From an uncultured Spirochaetota bacterium (GTDB lineage Bacteria; Spirochaetota; Spirochaetia; SZUA-6; CAVTHK01): a DNA stretch of 64,000 nt. The notes under the pieces are model-generated. The model saw only the letters and a list, made by a program, of their open reading frames with translations, did not search any database and was not told the origin of the DNA. A program made the translations under genes and the position numbers. Each line of letters begins with the position of its first letter. The stretch's first letter is position 1. The stretch covers positions 480,001-544,000 of the forward strand of contig CAVTHK010000013.1 in assembly GCA_963734495.1 (NCBI GenBank), given 5' to 3'. Positions 63,840-64,000 of this stretch are shown in pieces.

Positions 63840-64000
63840 TCTACCTGGACACCAGCGCGTTCATCAAGCTCTACCTGTTCGAGGATGGCTGCTTGTGCGA
63901 CGCGTCTCTCTTCGTCACCGCTGACTGGCGTCAGGCAGCTCTGGCCGGCGCCGGCGGTCGGCCGGTCAAGCTGGTCTCGCCGGCGACGCCGCCAAGCTGA
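63836..64000 (+). pseudogene. VapC/PIN toxin with an internal deletion
   Basis: N-terminal MIYLDTSAFIKLY is separated from C-terminal LFVTAD.RQA by only ~10 residues; 54 aa in total. Confidence 0.72.

Overview
Very GC-rich bacterial chromosomal segment. FtsK wording tentatively suggests a spirochaete, which is unverified. Many genes carry single-base frameshifts in patches, most likely long-read or low-coverage assembly errors. In order: the 5' part of an atypical thrS with a Thr-codon leader-peptide attenuator; rlmKL; a GH106-like hydrolase; a cyclase/DUF1116/FdrA/DUF2877 cluster (oxamate transcarbamoylase-like) with two NCS2 nucleobase permeases and apt; gcvT-H-PA-PB; RluA, a methyltransferase and a glycosyltransferase; a sugar locus with four GH116 paralogues, an Opp-type ABC importer and a LacI regulator with two visible operators; MEMO1-like and ftsK; an accessory island with two BTAD/SARP-NB-ARC-TPR regulators; a DUF222-HNH gene; a Gfo/Idh/MocA oxidoreductase, a GH42 beta-galactosidase and a decayed Phd-PIN TA pair. 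Main discoveries: (1) five promoters share one architecture (ACG-core heptamers at 11-12 bp period, 8 nt, TANNNT), a candidate local SARP regulon driving a GNAT, two NTF2-like exported proteins and three paralogues of an unannotated membrane-anchored family; (2) the DUF222-HNH gene lies on a ~1.56 kb segment bounded by a perfect 21-bp direct repeat, with a palindromic operator over its promoter; (3) the thrS attenuator is complete and probably leaderless, and controls an editing-degenerate ThrRS.
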